DNA of 12,551 bases from Candidatus Micrarchaeota archaeon (GCA_013331805.1 DUFS01000054.1:15589-28139); one strand, 5' to 3'. Shown: positions 1 to 8,600, counted from the first letter of the stretch. Notes: generated from the letters alone by a model not told the origin. Translations and numbers: made by a program.

Positions 1-38
1 ATTATCGCGCCGAGAAGGTAGAGTCTGTTGCCTGCCAA
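1..38 (-). CDS. Possible 5' start of a gene running off the left edge (MAGNRLYLLGAI...)
   Basis: On the minus strand GGTGG lies 4 nt before TTG at 38, followed by an open, hydrophobic, signal-peptide-like start. Only 12 codons are visible. Confidence 0.3.
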   Translation of the reverse strand, partial: MAGNRLYLLGAI

Positions 39-67
39 TGAACCACCAGATGGCAAATTCAGCCTCT

Positions 68-80
68 AAAAAATTAAAAA
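68..80 (-). terminator. Oligo-T tract (archaeal-type terminator) after the DUF4139 gene
   Basis: Minus strand reads TTTTTAATTTTTT starting 7 nt after the stop codon at 87. Confidence 0.4.
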
Positions 81-86
81 GGGATA

Positions 87-1556
87 TCAGTAGTACCTTG
101 CGAAGGTGGTCACCTTATACACATAGGTGATTGTCAGGTTCGCATTTGCTGGCGCGTCAGCCTTCCACTCCAGCTTGTTGCCAGGCAGCTGCTTAGCAGG
201 CACAGACGAGGACAAAAGCTCGACCTTGTCGCCATATGCCATGTAGTCCCGCAGGGTGAGCGGCGTTTTTTCCTTGGCGCTCGACTCCACCTTCATCTCC
301 ACACTGTAGGTGGTTTCCACGTTCCTGCCAATTGTCTGCGAGCCTTGCTGGCTGGATTCCTTTTTGACCACCAGCTGCGGAAGCGAGGCATACTTGGCTT
401 CTGCCTCCCTGCCATCTCCCGTATATTCTATCATGCCCTCTCCTGCGAAAATACCACTCTCATAGACGCGGAACACGCCTGAAGCAAAGGGCTTGCCAGC
501 ATTGTTCTTCACCCGCATCACCTGCTGCACGCTTCCGCCGCTTTCCCAGACATTGTCGTGCTCGTAGTCCGCCTTTGTCTCAAAGAGCTTGAGGTTCGCC
601 TTCTCCCCTTCCAGGATGGTTGCAGGCTCGGAGAGCGAATAGATGTACTGCGTTCCGGATTCCTCACCAGAAAACTCCGGAGCCGCTGATGCTCCCGCGG
701 CCTTGGATTCCATCATGGGAACATTGGCTGCGTCCTGATATGACGGGGAAGGGTAGTAACTGATCCCCTCTATGAAGTAAGGCGAGCCCACTGCCAATTT
801 CAGCGAGGAGTTCTCCCAGTCCTCGCCCGCGTTGTTCTGCACCTCTGCATATGCTGCCAGCCTGCCTGTTCCTTTCAGGCCTCCTGCTGTGTCGAAGTTG
901 TAGCTTGCCTTCCAGGCTGCGCCAGAGGCGATGTATGAAAGGAGCACGCTGTGCTGCCCTGCTTTTGCGGCATTCATGTAAAGCTCCAGTCCGCGATCAT
1001 AATAGGTGGTGTTCTTCTCGTCAGTTTTCATGGTCTGTCCGGAGTCCAGCAGGAATCCCTCTGGGTCTGATACGACCACCAGTTTCCCCTGCGACTCTAT
1101 TGCTATCTTCCCGTCTGAAACCCACAGCAGCTTGCCCGCCAATTTCCCATCCTTGGTTTCCACTCCAATTTCTTTTCCGTACGACTGGTTGAGGAGCTCG
1201 TCAAATGAAAGGAAGCGCTCGTTTTTTTCCGTGAGCGTCTTTTCCTCGTAGTATTTCTTTGCCCAATATATTTCGCCGTCCGCATCCTGCGCGCGAAGCG
1301 TGCCGAGAACTGCCATTTCGGTGAAGTTCTCAATCCTCAGCCTGGCTTTTCCTGCCAATGCCACCTCACCCTTTGCGACCGAGGAGACGAAAGCCATGCC
1401 GTTCGAGTAGACCAGCACCGACGAAACAGCAGAAGTCAGGGGCGAGGGGCTTTCGGTTCCTGCTGATGCCTGCTGGGTGAAGATGAGCATCGCGAAAGCC
1501 GCCACAAGGGCAACAACAGCCAAATAAGCCAGGACATTATTCTTCTTCCCGCCCAC
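87..1556 (-). CDS. Secreted or membrane-anchored DUF4140/DUF4139-domain protein
   Basis: N-terminal KK plus hydrophobic helix and ASA cleavage site. VSSVLVYSNGMAFV resembles DUF4140; LSYIASGAAWKASY and AEVQNNAGEDWENSSLKL resemble DUF4139. Start moved from 1565 to GTG 1556 because GGGGTG lies 6 nt upstream. Confidence 0.8.
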   Translation of the reverse strand: MGGKKNNVLAYLAVVALVAAFAMLIFTQQASAGTESPSPLTSAVSSVLVYSNGMAFVSSVAKGEVALAGKARLRIENFTEMAVLGTLRAQDADGEIYWAKKYYEEKTLTEKNERFLSFDELLNQSYGKEIGVETKDGKLAGKLLWVSDGKIAIESQGKLVVVSDPEGFLLDSGQTMKTDEKNTTYYDRGLELYMNAAKAGQHSVLLSYIASGAAWKASYNFDTAGGLKGTGRLAAYAEVQNNAGEDWENSSLKLAVGSPYFIEGISYYPSPSYQDAANVPMMESKAAGASAAPEFSGEESGTQYIYSLSEPATILEGEKANLKLFETKADYEHDNVWESGGSVQQVMRVKNNAGKPFASGVFRVYESGIFAGEGMIEYTGDGREAEAKYASLPQLVVKKESSQQGSQTIGRNVETTYSVEMKVESSAKEKTPLTLRDYMAYGDKVELLSSSVPAKQLPGNKLEWKADAPANANLTITYVYKVTTFARYY

Positions 1557-1593
1557 TGCAACCACCCCTTACGCAGAAGCGATGCTTTCGCTA

Positions 1594-3189
1594 TTATATT
1601 AATGGTTCTCTTTTCGTTCGGGCATTGTCTGCTTTCTGTTTTCCAAGCGAAAAAATGTCAACGTCCAAGCCTCCTTTCCTTTCAAGCTCGGAATTTATCC
1701 ACCCAAGAAGCATCTTTTTCACGCGCAAGTATTCCTCTTTCGGAAGCTCCTTGTTAAGCACCGCGTACCGCAGCCCCTTTGCGTTGAAGCAGAAAATGCC
1801 CTCCTCCACGTTCTCGCAGTTGTGGCAGAAGTAGCAGTCGCGGCAAAGGTAGCAGGAGTCGCACTCAAGGCAGTTCCTCACGCGGGTCACGTTATGGGAA
1901 TTGATGCAGAATTCCGAGTTAAGCACCCGCGCGTAGCCCCCGAAAACATATTTCGACTCGGTCACAATGGTGGAATATGCCGCATAGGATGAGCCGCGCG
2001 CCCACCAAAGCCCGCTCACATGCGTGGAATCAGACACAACTGAGGTGTCGCAACAGTTTCTTGACTGCCCCTCGTATATTTCCGGGGCAAAAAGCGCAAC
2101 CCTGCCAGCTCTTTTGGCAATTTCCCCAAGCGATGGCTGTTCGTTTTCGGATAGTTTGATGCCGTCTGAAGCGGATGCAAGGGCTTTTTCAAGCCTAGCA
2201 AATCTTCCTGCGGGTATGTCCCGTATCACAGGGAGATCCGCCTTATTGGCAAATCTCCCGTCTGCGTCCATAAATCGCTTCCTTTTCAGGGTGTTCCTCA
2301 TGAGCCAGGGCGCAAACCTTCCGGCATCCCTGTGCTCCTTTCCGAACAGGATTTTCGTCGTGGTGCCAAAGGCGGCTTCCACTTCTCCTGGGATCGCGGA
2401 AGAAGGTGATTTTGAGTCGCCTTCATAGTCCTGCCCAGTTCCGCAGATTTCGGCAATAGAGAAAATCCTCTTGTCCTTTTGCAGGGTTTCCGCCATTTCA
2501 GAAACCAGCTTTTCCTTGAGCTTGGAGTATCTCTCGCGGGAAAGCGCCAGGTTGCCGACCATGTGGCTTTTTGAGCGGAGGTTGAAGCAGAAAATGCAAT
2601 CCGTGCAGCCCGAGCAGTTGAAGGTGTAATACGAGTCGGAAATTCCGTTTGAGTAGTAGCATTCAAAAGAGCGGCTGGCCCCGTTCAAATAGCATGCGCT
2701 GCACCTGATTGCCCGGTTGCCGCGCCAGAATGGGCTGACGCCGTATATGCTCTCGGCGTACCTCCCGATCGCGCAGTAGGCCACGTATTTCGAGCTGTAG
2801 ATGTCATGCGAGTGGTGGACGTGCACAGAGTCCACAACATTGTCGCTTTCGCTTACGTTCATGTTCTTGCCGAAAAGCTTGTTGCCGCAGTACACCGCCC
2901 TTTCCTGCGCGGCCTCGAAAAGCGAGTCGATGTCCTTTATGTCATTGATATTCAGAGGCGCAAAGGACAGCCTGCCAAGCTCCTCCTGCGAAACGATTGT
3001 GGCATCCTCCCTGTAGAATGGGCTGGAAAGCATCACTTTCTTTTGCGACAGCGATGATTTGATGCTCAGGTCAGACATCATCATCTCCGAAAGATACGGG
3101 GCGAATTCCTCAAGCCCTCCGATTTCCCTACCGAAGATTATACTGCAGGTCTGCCTGAAGTCCTCGTTGAGTCTTGCAGATGGACCCAT
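1594..3189 (-). CDS. Cys-rich beta-solenoid-like repeat protein with two homologous halves (family seen in CPR bacteria and DPANN archaea; function unknown)
   Basis: 531 aa. Repeated CxxCxxC/FCFN runs (CSGCTDCIFCFNL; CLECDSCYLCRDCYFCHNCENVEEGIFCFNA). GGAGG RBS upstream; ATG is 2 nt after the previous stop. Confidence 0.75.
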   Translation of the reverse strand: MGPSARLNEDFRQTCSIIFGREIGGLEEFAPYLSEMMMSDLSIKSSLSQKKVMLSSPFYREDATIVSQEELGRLSFAPLNINDIKDIDSLFEAAQERAVYCGNKLFGKNMNVSESDNVVDSVHVHHSHDIYSSKYVAYCAIGRYAESIYGVSPFWRGNRAIRCSACYLNGASRSFECYYSNGISDSYYTFNCSGCTDCIFCFNLRSKSHMVGNLALSRERYSKLKEKLVSEMAETLQKDKRIFSIAEICGTGQDYEGDSKSPSSAIPGEVEAAFGTTTKILFGKEHRDAGRFAPWLMRNTLKRKRFMDADGRFANKADLPVIRDIPAGRFARLEKALASASDGIKLSENEQPSLGEIAKRAGRVALFAPEIYEGQSRNCCDTSVVSDSTHVSGLWWARGSSYAAYSTIVTESKYVFGGYARVLNSEFCINSHNVTRVRNCLECDSCYLCRDCYFCHNCENVEEGIFCFNAKGLRYAVLNKELPKEEYLRVKKMLLGWINSELERKGGLDVDIFSLGKQKADNARTKREPLI

Positions 3190-3191
3190 GA

Positions 3192-3947
3192 CTACAGCCT
3201 CCTTCCGATCCCTAACAGCAACCGCTTTTGCTGCGGCGCATAGCCAAGGTCAAGTATCGTGGACTTTTCCACAATGTGCCTGACGCTAATGAAAGGGTTT
3301 GTTTTGCCCCCTAAAAATTTCCGCTCCGGGTGCACGCTGACTCCTATCTGGGTGTTGTCTATTTTTTTCTCCAGCCCCCATACCAGCTTGAGCTTACTGT
3401 CATTTCCGTTCCAGGAGGCTGTTGATGAAACTGCGTTATTGCCGAAAATCACATCAGCGGAGAGATAGGTGCTCTTGGGCGTTTTCTCTGATTTGAAAGG
3501 AGAACCGCCAACCCCTATGCGCAGGTTGCTGGTTGTTGCGCCCATGTGGAAGGAAGGAGGGAGGGGGCCTATGCCATCGCCAAACTGGAAGGGAAAAACC
3601 ACCCCGAACTGGAAGGTCTTGTTGCCGGCTGCAAGGCGGATGTCGGCGGTTCTTGAAAGTTTGCCATTGGTGTAGGTTGAAGAAAGAACTGAGCCTGCAC
3701 CAAACCTGATGCCTTCGATTTCCGCAGCATAGTTTCCGATTGCGTTGATTGTTGGGATTTTTTCGTCCATGAGAGCTAGAAGAGTGACCTCGGTTGGGCG
3801 AAGTGGGCAACGCAAGAAGAACCCATTGACAAGATTGGAAGCCATATTGCGCGGAACCCATCCCGCGCCTTGCGTTGAGTCAGTTTGCGCTGTTGCAATG
3901 CTGATTCCTGCGAATGCGATTGCGATTGTTGCCGTTTTTGCCCACAT
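3192..3947 (-). CDS. Secreted protein with many amphipathic beta-strands (beta-barrel-like), hypothetical
   Basis: GAGGTG 6 nt before ATG 3947. Signal peptide MWAKTATIAIAFAGISIATA|Q. Alternating hydrophobic strands continue to the C-terminus (RLLLGIGRRL). Confidence 0.7.
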   Translation of the reverse strand: MWAKTATIAIAFAGISIATAQTDSTQGAGWVPRNMASNLVNGFFLRCPLRPTEVTLLALMDEKIPTINAIGNYAAEIEGIRFGAGSVLSSTYTNGKLSRTADIRLAAGNKTFQFGVVFPFQFGDGIGPLPPSFHMGATTSNLRIGVGGSPFKSEKTPKSTYLSADVIFGNNAVSSTASWNGNDSKLKLVWGLEKKIDNTQIGVSVHPERKFLGGKTNPFISVRHIVEKSTILDLGYAPQQKRLLLGIGRRL

Positions 3948-3964
3948 AAACCACACCTCTTTCT

Positions 3965-4016
3965 AACTTACCACATACGATACATATATAATTATGTGGT
4001 GAGTTTAAACACCACA
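3965..4016. promoter_or_regulatory. Divergent promoter region with overlapping inverted repeats (putative operator)
   Basis: AACTTACCACATA (3965-3977) and TATGTGGTGAGTT (3993-4005) form a 12/13 inverted match around an AT-rich TATA-like core. TGTGGTG (3995-4001) and CACCACA (4010-4016) form a perfect inverted pair around TTTAAA. Confidence 0.6.
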
Positions 4017-4028
4017 AAGTTGAGGTAG

Positions 4029-5147
4029 ATGGCATCGGAAACCGAAGTCCTCGTCGAATTGGGGCTGACCCAGAACGAGGCGAAGCTCTACCTCCTCATG
4101 GTGAAGGGCGGGCAGATGAAGGCAAGCCAGCTCTTCCTCGCCTCCGGACTTCAGCGCAGGACGGTCTACGATACGCTGCAGCAGCTGGAGAAAAAAGGGC
4201 TGGCTGGAAAAGCGGAGGTCGGGGGCGTCCAGGTATTCACTCCCTCCCCCCCATCCTCCCTCCTTTCCCTTCTTGAGGAAAAGCGCGACTCAGTTGAGAA
4301 GATACTCCCTTCCCTTTCCCGCATTTACGAGTCAGAGGGGAAAACCAGCGTTTCTGTGATGTACGGCTTAGGAGGGATAAAAATGGTGCTTGAGGACGTG
4401 TTATCCCTGCGGACCGATTTCTGTGTCTATCACGGGCAGCTCCAACTTGCAGAGGTCCTGCCAAAATTTTTTAGGATTTTCAATGAGAAAAGAAGTAGAC
4501 TTGGAATAAAAGCAAGGTTTATGCTTCTGGATATCCAAACTGCAAGGGAAAGGGCAAGAAGCGTGCCTCTTGCTGATTTTAAGTTCATAGATCCGTCAAC
4601 CATATCAGCCGGCGTCTGGTGGACCTACGCAGACAGGCTCGTGCTGTTCGTAATGCAAAAGACGCCCGTTGTCATCTTTATCAAAAACGCCGACCTCGCC
4701 ACGACCTTCAGGAAGAACTTTGACAACATGTTTGATTCCAAGACGCAGATTTACAGGGGCGACACTGGAATGAAGGCTCTTCTCAACATGACTCTTGAGC
4801 ACAAGGAGACCCTTTTCATAGGCGGCTCGGGCCAGGCGCCGACAAGGTACTCGGAATATTTCGAAAAGATATACACTCCTGCCGCAATGAAAAAAGGCCA
4901 CATCTGGTACAATGCAGCGCAGCGCGCAATACTGAAGACTCCCGCAGTCAAACTTCCGTTCCATCGCATCCGCGTGCTGCCTGCCTCCATGCCCTGGAGT
5001 CCGAACGTAATCTGGATTTTCGGCAACTGCGTGGCAAACGTTGTCTGGCTGCCAGAGCCGGTCGCATTCCTGGCGGAAGACCCGCACATTGCATCCGCTT
5101 ACAGGAACTACTTCAGGCTCCTTTGGAGGATTGCCGAAAGAAGATAA
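4029..5147 (+). CDS. TrmB-family transcriptional regulator (winged HTH plus two tandem C-terminal effector-type domains)
   Basis: LVELGLTQNEAKLYLLMV...SGLQRRTVYDTLQQLEKKGL is a typical TrmB HTH. The C-terminal domain motif occurs twice. Confidence 0.85.
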   Translation: MASETEVLVELGLTQNEAKLYLLMVKGGQMKASQLFLASGLQRRTVYDTLQQLEKKGLAGKAEVGGVQVFTPSPPSSLLSLLEEKRDSVEKILPSLSRIYESEGKTSVSVMYGLGGIKMVLEDVLSLRTDFCVYHGQLQLAEVLPKFFRIFNEKRSRLGIKARFMLLDIQTARERARSVPLADFKFIDPSTISAGVWWTYADRLVLFVMQKTPVVIFIKNADLATTFRKNFDNMFDSKTQIYRGDTGMKALLNMTLEHKETLFIGGSGQAPTRYSEYFEKIYTPAAMKKGHIWYNAAQRAILKTPAVKLPFHRIRVLPASMPWSPNVIWIFGNCVANVVWLPEPVAFLAEDPHIASAYRNYFRLLWRIAERR

Positions 5148-5149
5148 GC

Positions 5150-5157
5150 TTTTAAGA
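5150..5157 (+). promoter_or_regulatory. TATA box for probable leaderless mRNA starting at 5179
   Basis: TTTTAAGA begins 29 nt before ATG 5179. Confidence 0.45.
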
Positions 5158-5178
5158 TTTCGAAGGCGAAGGGGAAGC

Positions 5179-5988
5179 ATGAGAAGCATAATCGCGCTTG
5201 CGCTCCTGATTGCCTTGAACGCAGCCATTGCGGTCAGCATAATTTCCCCCGTGTCAGCCCAGGTCGGGCAGGAATCTGAAATATTGATCGGGGATGTGGG
5301 GCCAGGGCAGACCTTCCCCATTGTGGCCGAGCCGAAGGTGGCAAGCGGAGGCAGGTTCAGCCTTGGGGGCGCTTATGACCAGATGGCTGCAAATAGCCTT
5401 CCCTTTGGCTGGAGCTCCACGCCCTCCAAAATATACTCAGATCCCCTGCAGGTGGACATAACAGTGCCCAAGGACACACCCAATGGCGAATATGAGGTGC
5501 AACTCTCGCTTTGGGATGAGGCCGGCGAGCAGGGGCTGGGGGAAAATGTCACATTCAACGCGAAAGTCAAAGTCACCCGCGAGGTGATGGACATGAAAGT
5601 CGAGCCCGCCTCGATCACGGTCGGCGCAGGCCAGCCTGCGCGCTTCACAATAACAATAGTAAACAAGGGAATCGCCCCTGACACTTTCACGGTCGGCTCC
5701 AAGGGAGTGCGAACTTGGGTGTTCCAGCGCAGCGTGTACATCCCATCAGGCACATCCAAGTCCCTGAATTACGAGGTGGTGGGCGAGGACGAGTCGGATT
5801 ACTCTCTTACGATATGGGCCCGATCCTCCTCATCGGACAAGATCTACGCCGAACGTGACGCGAGCCTGAAAGTGAACACAGACCTTTTCTCTGATTACCG
5901 GGCAGTCAACCGCGGAGTGCTCCTTTTCCCCATCATCGAAGGCCCGGTCTATTTCGTGGTCGGGCTCCTTTCCAATCTCCTTCCCTGA
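5179..5988 (+). CDS. Secreted surface protein with two Ig-like (NEW3/CARDB-like) domains and a C-terminal hydrophobic anchor
   Basis: Signal peptide MRSIIALALLIALNAAIA from ATG 5179 (the ORF-track extension overlaps the TrmB gene). Ig-like motifs VDITVPKDTPNGEYEV and VGAGQPARFTITIVNKG. Hydrophobic C-terminus. 269 aa. Confidence 0.75.
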   Translation: MRSIIALALLIALNAAIAVSIISPVSAQVGQESEILIGDVGPGQTFPIVAEPKVASGGRFSLGGAYDQMAANSLPFGWSSTPSKIYSDPLQVDITVPKDTPNGEYEVQLSLWDEAGEQGLGENVTFNAKVKVTREVMDMKVEPASITVGAGQPARFTITIVNKGIAPDTFTVGSKGVRTWVFQRSVYIPSGTSKSLNYEVVGEDESDYSLTIWARSSSSDKIYAERDASLKVNTDLFSDYRAVNRGVLLFPIIEGPVYFVVGLLSNLLP

Positions 5989-5997
5989 GGTGCAAAC

Positions 5998-7665
5998 GTG
6001 GCAGTGAAAAAGAAATCCGCGGGCAGCGCATATGCTGCGGCAAGGCTTCAGGCAGAGCTTGGAAGGATTCCCGCGTTTGAGCCGAAGAAAAGGGAAATCG
6101 GGAAGGGGGAGGCCGCTCCCCGCAGGAAAGCCGCAAAAGAGTCGGCAGCAATCCTCCTGGAAAACCCGAAAACAGACCTTCCTTCACTGAAAAATTCCCT
6201 TGCAGTGAAATACGGCATCCGATATTTGAAGAATTCCGAAATACTCCCCTTCATACCAAAATCAAATCCCTCGCTCCGATCGCTCCTCCTCAAGTCGCCC
6301 ACCCGCACCCTTTCCGGCGTTTCGCCAATAGCGATAATGCCGCCTCCTGCGTTCTGCGGAGGAAGATGCACCTATTGCCCGAAAGGGGAAAACGCGCCGC
6401 AGTCCTATACTGGATACGAACCCACCACCATGAGGGCAATCCAAAACGCCTATTCCGCCTTGCGCCAAGTCGCATCCCGCCTTAAGCAATACTGCGAACA
6501 AGGGCACGGGGCTGACAAGTGCCACCTCATCATAATGGGCGGCACCTTCCTTTGCGTGGATGGGAAAGCCAGGCACTTATTCATGAAAGATGCATTCGAT
6601 GCACTGAACGGCAAAAAATCCCCCTCGCTGCAATCCGCAATTAATGCCAACGAACATGCCCCCCACCGCGCAATAGGCGTCACTTTCGAAACGCGGCCGG
6701 ATTTCGGCTTTGAATCCCATGCTGATGAGATGCTTTCCATGGGAGGCACGCAGGTGGAACTGGGCGTTCAGTGCCTGTCCGACGCGGTCTATCGCAAGGT
6801 GCAGAGGGGGCACACGGTATCGGACGTAGTCCGCTCCACGAAAATACTGCGCAACGCGGGCTTCAAGCTCACCTATCACATGATGCCAGGGCTATATTCA
6901 ACGCCTGAACAGGACATTTCGTATTTCAGGCGGCTTTTCACTTCCCAGGATTTCCAGCCGGACATGCTCAAGATATACCCCGCGCTAGTTGTCCAGGGAA
7001 CAGTGCTCTATAACCAGTGGAAAAAAGGCGAATTTGAGCCCTATGACACTGAAAAGGCGGCAGAGGTAATCGCGAATGCTGCCCGTTTCATCCCCCCATA
7101 TGTCCGCATACCCCGCATACAGCGCGACATGCCCTCCCCCCTGATTTCCGCAGGGGTGAAAAATTCCAACCTTCGGCAGATTGTAGAAAAAAAGCTTGAG
7201 GAAAGGGGAGAGAAGTGCAGGTGCATCCGCTGCAGGGAAATCGGAAGCGCAGTACGAAAAAGGACACCTCTTGGGAAGTTGAAGCTCTCTCTTGGACGTA
7301 TCGACTATTCCGCATCAGGAGGGAAGGAGATATTCCTTTCCTTTGAGGATGGGGAAAAGGACCTGCTAGCTGCATTCCTGCGCCTGAGAATTCCAAAACA
7401 GAGCCATCGCAAGGAAATCGATTCCGTTTCCTCAATTGTGCGCGAACTGCATGTGTACGGGCAGGAGGCTTCTATCGGCGAGGACAATCCCCTGAAGATG
7501 CAGCACAAGGGCTTGGGCAGGAAATTGCTCGCAGAAGCTGAACGAATAACATCGGGCGAATTCAGTTTGGAAAAAATTGCGGTCCTCTCGGGTCCCGGGG
7601 CAAGAGGCTACTACAGGAAATTCGGCTACTCGCCTGAAGGGCCTTACATGGCAAAGAAAATTTAG
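5998..7665 (+). CDS. elp3: tRNA uridine(34) acetyltransferase Elp3 (radical SAM plus GNAT)
   Basis: Motifs RTLSGVSPIAIM, CGGRCTYCP, QSYTGYEP, IIMGGTF, ETRPD, VELGVQ, KIYP, RIQRD, IVRELHVYG and the GNAT motif QHKGLGRKLL. GAGGTG RBS before GTG. Confidence 0.95.
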   Translation: MAVKKKSAGSAYAAARLQAELGRIPAFEPKKREIGKGEAAPRRKAAKESAAILLENPKTDLPSLKNSLAVKYGIRYLKNSEILPFIPKSNPSLRSLLLKSPTRTLSGVSPIAIMPPPAFCGGRCTYCPKGENAPQSYTGYEPTTMRAIQNAYSALRQVASRLKQYCEQGHGADKCHLIIMGGTFLCVDGKARHLFMKDAFDALNGKKSPSLQSAINANEHAPHRAIGVTFETRPDFGFESHADEMLSMGGTQVELGVQCLSDAVYRKVQRGHTVSDVVRSTKILRNAGFKLTYHMMPGLYSTPEQDISYFRRLFTSQDFQPDMLKIYPALVVQGTVLYNQWKKGEFEPYDTEKAAEVIANAARFIPPYVRIPRIQRDMPSPLISAGVKNSNLRQIVEKKLEERGEKCRCIRCREIGSAVRKRTPLGKLKLSLGRIDYSASGGKEIFLSFEDGEKDLLAAFLRLRIPKQSHRKEIDSVSSIVRELHVYGQEASIGEDNPLKMQHKGLGRKLLAEAERITSGEFSLEKIAVLSGPGARGYYRKFGYSPEGPYMAKKI

Positions 7666-8600
7666 CCAATTATCCTTTCCACTCTCGCCTTTCCTATGAC
7701 CCTCGGCATCGCTTCCGGCAAAAACAGGCAGAGCTCCTCGCCTTCGCGGACGCACAAGGGCGAGCCAAGATCAAGCAGGTATTTCCCCGCTTCGGTTTTT
7801 TTTCCCTTGCATGCGACAAATGAAAGGCCGGACAATACGAAGAACTGCACAGATTCCAGGTTCCCCTTGTAGAATTTAGTGAGAGAAACATCCGCCTCGA
7901 TTTTCGTTGCCGGCGCGAACTTCTGTTCAACAGCCAAATCCCCCTTGCTTACCTTTTCAGGGTCAATGCCCTTCAGGTTCAGTCCCACGCGGCTGCTTGC
8001 CTCTGCCTGGTTCACATTCTCGTCCTGCACCTGTATTGACTTTATTTCGGCCTCTATTCCCGAAGGCAGGAATGAGAGCTTCTGGTGGATGGACACAGTA
8101 CCCTGCTGCACAATCCCGAGCGCCACAGTCCCCACGCCCTTCACGGGAAAGCAGGCGTCAATCACCATCTCGGTTTTCCCAACCGGCTTCCTGCTGCTTT
8201 CTTCTGCGAGCAATATTTCCCTAAGCGCAATGTCGTCCCCCTCAAAAAATTCATATGACGGAAGCCCGGCTGACTTGAGGAACGGCTCGATTTCCTCCCT
8301 GCTCACCTTGTCAAGGACAACAATGAGCTTTTTCCCGAATGACGCAGTGGCAATGATGGACTCGCCGGTGAACTTGTCAATTGCCTGAGGGCGCAAATAC
8401 GCGACATCGGAAAGCGAGAGGCAGTAGAGCAGGGGCTGGATTTTGTCAGGGTACGCTGCAGGATGATAAAGGCAGAGCACTTTTTCCCCTTCCTTGCAGT
8501 TGTATATCGTGAAATCGGACTCGCTCCCCTTTTTGCCGATTTTTTTCGCAAGCTCGGCATCGGTTTCCAGTGCGGCGACATGTATGTGCTTCATTGTCAT
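7662..8600 (-). CDS. Archaeal SelB-like / EF-Tu-domain protein with truncated G domain (aSelBL type)
   Basis: EF-Tu/SelB domain II motifs IDACFPVKGVGTVALGIVQQG, EIKSIQVQD and RVGLNLKG. N-terminus LAKKIGKKGSESDFTIYN lacks a GxxxxGK[ST] P-loop. Start may be 8594. 4-nt convergent overlap with elp3. Confidence 0.8.
   Translation of the reverse strand: MTMKHIHVAALETDAELAKKIGKKGSESDFTIYNCKEGEKVLCLYHPAAYPDKIQPLLYCLSLSDVAYLRPQAIDKFTGESIIATASFGKKLIVVLDKVSREEIEPFLKSAGLPSYEFFEGDDIALREILLAEESSRKPVGKTEMVIDACFPVKGVGTVALGIVQQGTVSIHQKLSFLPSGIEAEIKSIQVQDENVNQAEASSRVGLNLKGIDPEKVSKGDLAVEQKFAPATKIEADVSLTKFYKGNLESVQFFVLSGLSFVACKGKKTEAGKYLLDLGSPLCVREGEELCLFLPEAMPRVIGKARVERIIG

Noticed and set aside
3190..3199. 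GACTACAGCC, identical to 10441-10450 of the tRNA stub
   Set aside because: Only 10 nt, overlapping a stop codon and RBS region, with no further tRNA structure; likely chance.
5041..5178. N-terminal extension of the 315-aa ORF
   Set aside because: It overlaps the TrmB gene; the signal peptide and TATA spacing point to ATG 5179.
4605..5321. 238-aa minus-strand ORF and the other short antisense or overlapping ORFs in the track (e.g. 7879-8388, 8463-8957, 10802-11287, 11821-12285)
   Set aside because: They are shadows of well-supported genes on the opposite strand or frame and show no recognisable motifs.
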